Origin: an uncultured Erysipelotrichaceae bacterium
GTDB lineage: Bacteria > Bacillota_I > Bacilli_A > RF39 > UBA660
Length of the DNA stretch: 32,029 nucleotides
Assembly (NCBI GenBank): GCA_902782535.1
Contig: CACZNM010000116.1
Location: 1 to 32,029 of the forward strand
Direction: 5' to 3'
Part shown: positions 28,699-32,029 of the stretch, in pieces
Layout of the letters: each line of letters starts with the position of its first letter
Numbering within the stretch: position 1 is the stretch's first letter
Made by a program: the position numbers and the translations under genes
Notes under the pieces: generated by a model
Told to the model about the DNA's origin: nothing
Database searches by the model: none
Seen by the model: only the letters and a program-made list of their open reading frames with translations

Positions 28699-29421
28699 AT
28701 GGAAACAAATACCTTTGTAATTAATTTAGCAATATGTTTTCTTTTGAGCTTTATGATTGGTATTGAAAGACAATATCGAAGAAGATTAGTTGGTCTTCGA
28801 ACGACTATTTTAGTATGCGTTGGGTCATTTTTGTTTGTTAGTGCATCTTTTATTATTGGTGGAAATAAAACTGATTTAACAAGAATAGCGGCTCAAGTTG
28901 TTTCAGGAATTGGTTTTTTAGGTGCGGGTGTCATTATAAAAGATGGAATGAAAGTTAGAGGATTAACAACTGCTGCTACAATGTGGTGTGATGCATCAAT
29001 TGGTGTTTTATGTGCGACAGGGGCATCTATTCCGGCTATTCTTGGTACATTTGTTATTCTTTTTTCAAATACTGTTTTACGATATCTTAATAAAGAGATT
29101 AATAGAATATCTACTAATAAACGAATATGTGAGCAATACTTAATTAAAGTTGAGGCTAATAATAAAAATATTTTAGGTATAAAGAGTTATCTTTATGATG
29201 AATTAAAAAATGATTTTACATCAGATATTATTGTTGACGATATAAGACTAAATTTATCTGGTAGAAATAGTAATATTAATTTATTATTAACAATTAAAAA
29301 GAATAAATCTATGCTTTTAGATAGAGTAGTTGAAGAGATAAGTAAAAAGTTTTCTACTGATAAAATTATATTTAAAATGGAGAAAGAAATTATTAATGCT
29401 GATGAAGAAGAAATAATGTAA
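28699..29421 (+). CDS. mgtC: MgtC/SapB-family membrane protein
   Basis: 'IGIERQ...GLRT', 'TRIAAQVVSGIGFLGAGVI', 'VRGLTTAATMW'. Confidence 0.9.
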   Translation: METNTFVINLAICFLLSFMIGIERQYRRRLVGLRTTILVCVGSFLFVSASFIIGGNKTDLTRIAAQVVSGIGFLGAGVIIKDGMKVRGLTTAATMWCDASIGVLCATGASIPAILGTFVILFSNTVLRYLNKEINRISTNKRICEQYLIKVEANNKNILGIKSYLYDELKNDFTSDIIVDDIRLNLSGRNSNINLLLTIKKNKSMLLDRVVEEISKKFSTDKIIFKMEKEIINADEEEIM

Positions 29422-29437
29422 AAGAAGAAAAAAAGTA

Positions 29438-29466
29438 TTGATTTTATTAAAAAAATAGAGTATATT
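29438..29466 (+). promoter_or_regulatory. rpsO-pnp promoter
   Basis: TTGATT (29438-29443), 17 nt, TATATT (29461-29466). Confidence 0.65.
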
Positions 29467-29471
29467 TATAT

Positions 29472-29545
29472 TGCTACTGATTCGTAGTAGTAAGATTTCC
29501 TCGTCTGCTACTCCGTATTGGTGAATAATAAATAAGGAGGATTAA
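29472..29545 (+). promoter_or_regulatory. putative S15 autoregulatory rpsO leader
   Basis: GC-enriched 5' UTR with a bulged hairpin ACTGAT..GTAGTAG / CTGCTAC..ATTGGT just before the SD. rpsO leaders are known S15-binding RNAs. Confidence 0.5.
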
Positions 29546-29815
29546 ATGGCTTTAACGAAAGATGAAAAGACAAGTATCATTGAAAAATATCGTGTAGATG
29601 AAAATGATACTGGTTCTGTTGAAGTACAAGTTGCTTTGTTAACAAAAAGAATTAATGACTTAAATGAACATTTAAAGGTTCATAAACATGATTTTCATTC
29701 TAATCGTGGACTTTTAAAGATGGTTGGTCAAAGAAAGAGTTTGTTAAATTATTTAGCAAAGACAGATGTACAAAGATATAGAAATTTAGTTAAAAAATTA
29801 GGATTAAGAAAGTAG
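29546..29815 (+). CDS. rpsO: 30S ribosomal protein S15
   Basis: '[13 protein letters not shown]', '[18 protein letters not shown]', 'LGLRK'. Confidence 0.98.
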   Translation: MALTKDEKTSIIEKYRVDENDTGSVEVQVALLTKRINDLNEHLKVHKHDFHSNRGLLKMVGQRKSLLNYLAKTDVQRYRNLVKKLGLRK

Positions 29816-29843
29816 ACACTGTTTTAATAGTGTCTTTATTTTT
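29814..29843 (+). terminator. terminator or stem-loop between rpsO and pnp
   Basis: AGACACT-loop-AGTGTCT-TTATTTTT. Confidence 0.65.
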
Positions 29844-29857
29844 GAAAAGGAGTAGGA

Positions 29858-31996
29858 ATGAAAAAAATATTTGAAAAAGATTTTCGTGGGAGAAAATTAG
29901 TTATTGAACATGGAGAACTTGCTAAACAAGCTCACGGTTCAGTTTTAGTTAGATATGGAGATACTGTTGTATTATCAACTGTTGTAGTTAGCAAAACGGC
30001 TAATATTTTATCAGATTTTTTTCCACTAATGGTTTTATATCAAGAAAAACTATATTCAGTTGGTAAAATACCTGGTGGATTTATTAAAAGAGAAGGTCGT
30101 CCTACGGATGCTGCAACGCTTGCAGCTCGTATGATTGATAGACCAATGCGTCCAATGTTTCCGGAGAATTTTCGTAATGAAGTGCAAGTTGTTAATACTG
30201 TCCTTTCTGTTGATACCGATAATTCACCAGAATTAACTGCAATGTTTGGATCAAGTCTTTCTACATGCATTAGTAAAATTCCTTTTGATGGACCAATTGC
30301 AGGAGTAAAAGTAGGAAGAGTTAATGGTGAGTTTGTAATTAATCCAACCCCAGATGAACTTGAGGTAAGCGATTTGGATTTAACAGTAGCAGGAACAAAA
30401 TATGCAATTAACATGGTTGAAGCTGGTGCTAAAGAAGTATCCGAGGATGATATGTTAGAAGCACTTATGTTTGGTCATGAAGCAGTTAAAGAATTATGTG
30501 AATTCCAAGAGGAAATTATCCAAGAAATTGGTGTAGAAAAAATGGAATACGAACATATTGAACTTCCTGAAGAATTAGTTAATGAAATAACTCAACTTGC
30601 TAGTGATAAATTAGATAAGGCAATGCGTATTCATGAAAAACTTGAAAAATATGCTGCTATTGATGCTGTTAAAGAAGAAGTTGTTAAGAAATATGAAGAA
30701 GAAAACAAGGAAAAACTTGAAAACGAAGAGTTAACTCTTTTATTAACACAAGTAAAATTAATATTAGAAAATATTGAATATGATATTTTTAGAAGCATTA
30801 CAGTTAACGAAAAAACTAGAAGTGATGGAAGAAGTATGACAGAGATTCGTCCTTTATCAACTGCAATTGATTTACTTCCAAGAACTCATGGTAGTGCACT
30901 ATTTACAAGAGGTGAGACACAAGCTCTTGCTGTAACAACACTTGGTGCCATTAATGAAAATCAAATTTTAGATGGTTTAAGTTTAGAAACAGAAAAAAGA
31001 TTTATGTTACATTATAATTTCCCGGCTTTTTCAGTTGGTGAAACTGGTCGTTATGGAAGTCCAGGACGTCGTGAAATAGGCCATGGTGCGTTAGGAGAAA
31101 GATGTCTATCACAAGTTATGCCAAGTGAAGAAGAGTTCCCATATACAGTTCGTGTGGTATCAGAAATACTAGAAAGTAATGGTTCAAGCTCTCAAGCAAC
31201 TATTTGTGCAGGATGTATGAGTCTAATGGCAGCAGGTGTTCCTATTAAAGCACCAGTTGCTGGTATCGCTATGGGATTAATTACATCTAAAGATGGTAAA
31301 GATTATACAATTTTAACTGATATTCAAGGAATGGAAGATCATTTAGGAGATATGGACTTTAAAGTTGGTGGAACAAGAAATGGTATTTGTTCACTTCAAA
31401 TGGATATCAAAATTAAAGGTATAACAAAGCAAATATTAAAGGAGGCTTTAGCACAAGCTCATACTGCTAGACAAGAAATTCTTGATGTAATGGAAAAAGA
31501 AATCGCTGAACCAAGAGCAGATGTATCAGAATATGCTCCAAAGATGGAAACATTTATGATTAATCCTGATAAGATTAAAGATGTTATTGGTAAAGGTGGA
31601 GACACTATTACAAAGATTATTTGTGAAACAAGTAATGTAACTAGTGTAAGTGATGTACGAGCCGTTAAAATTGAACTTGAAGATGATGGTCGCGTAATGA
31701 TTTATCATATGGATCGTGATATTATTAATAAAGCAAAAGAAATGATTTTAGATTTGACAAGAGAAGTAGAAGAAGGTAAAATATATTCTGCAAAGGTTGT
31801 TAAAATAGAAGATTTTGGATGTTTTGTTGAAGTATGGCCTGGATGTGAAGGTTTAGTGCATATTTCTAAACTTGCTAAAGACCATGTTGAAAAAGTTGAA
31901 GATGTTGTTAAACTAGGAGATGAAATACTAGTTAAAGCTATCGGAACTGATAAAAAAGGAAGATTAAACTTTTCAAGAAAGGATGCTTTAAAATAA
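29858..31996 (+). CDS. pnp: polyribonucleotide nucleotidyltransferase (PNPase)
   Basis: '[13 protein letters not shown]', '[12 protein letters not shown]', 'RREIGHG', 'ESNGSSS', '[11 protein letters not shown]', KH and S1 domains. Confidence 0.98.
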   Translation: MKKIFEKDFRGRKLVIEHGELAKQAHGSVLVRYGDTVVLSTVVVSKTANILSDFFPLMVLYQEKLYSVGKIPGGFIKREGRPTDAATLAARMIDRPMRPMFPENFRNEVQVVNTVLSVDTDNSPELTAMFGSSLSTCISKIPFDGPIAGVKVGRVNGEFVINPTPDELEVSDLDLTVAGTKYAINMVEAGAKEVSEDDMLEALMFGHEAVKELCEFQEEIIQEIGVEKMEYEHIELPEELVNEITQLASDKLDKAMRIHEKLEKYAAIDAVKEEVVKKYEEENKEKLENEELTLLLTQVKLILENIEYDIFRSITVNEKTRSDGRSMTEIRPLSTAIDLLPRTHGSALFTRGETQALAVTTLGAINENQILDGLSLETEKRFMLHYNFPAFSVGETGRYGSPGRREIGHGALGERCLSQVMPSEEEFPYTVRVVSEILESNGSSSQATICAGCMSLMAAGVPIKAPVAGIAMGLITSKDGKDYTILTDIQGMEDHLGDMDFKVGGTRNGICSLQMDIKIKGITKQILKEALAQAHTARQEILDVMEKEIAEPRADVSEYAPKMETFMINPDKIKDVIGKGGDTITKIICETSNVTSVSDVRAVKIELEDDGRVMIYHMDRDIINKAKEMILDLTREVEEGKIYSAKVVKIEDFGCFVEVWPGCEGLVHISKLAKDHVEKVEDVVKLGDEILVKAIGTDKKGRLNFSRKDALK

Positions 31997-32009
31997 GCAT
32001 TCCTCTTAT

Positions 32010-32029
32010 GCCGACTTAGCACAGTGGTA
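32010..32029 (+). tRNA. 5' end of a tRNA (probably tRNA-Thr), truncated by the window end
   Basis: GCCGACT (acceptor strand), TA, GCAC (D stem), AGTGGTA (D loop with GG). A GCCGACTTAGC start is typical of tRNA-Thr. The anticodon is not visible. Confidence 0.7.

Noticed and set aside
31705-32022. 105-aa minus-strand ORF
   Set aside because: It is antisense to the pnp S1 domain and to the tRNA start.

Overview
Very AT-rich chromosomal segment of a low-GC Bacillota bacterium. It uses the standard code (TGA is a stop) and has murC. A reduced-genome gut Bacilli lineage such as RF39 is plausible, but that is inference only. Core genes: xerC/D-type recombinase, DUF4015 glycoside hydrolase, yutD-like, DUF1292, PflX-like radical SAM, murC, rbgA, a CIRCE-controlled hrcA-grpE-dnaK-pepF-dnaJ cluster, an MgtC-family gene, rpsO, pnp, and the 5' end of a tRNA (probably Thr) cut off by the window edge. 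Points of interest: (1) a promoter- and terminator-bounded pair of WXG100-like genes with a degenerate W-x-G motif; (2) a ~12 kb co-oriented accessory array between murC and rbgA (GNATs, Nudix, SAM methyltransferase, SDR, S66 and DUF2268 peptidases, papain/transglutaminase-like proteins) that contains gene fusions and unannotated gene remnants and begins with an 803-aa protein carrying an H / S-x-S / E ADP-ribosyltransferase-like signature; (3) two paralogous small orphan genes translationally coupled between grpE and dnaK; (4) a candidate structured small RNA or leader upstream of xerC. All functional calls come from reading motifs by eye; no database searches were run.
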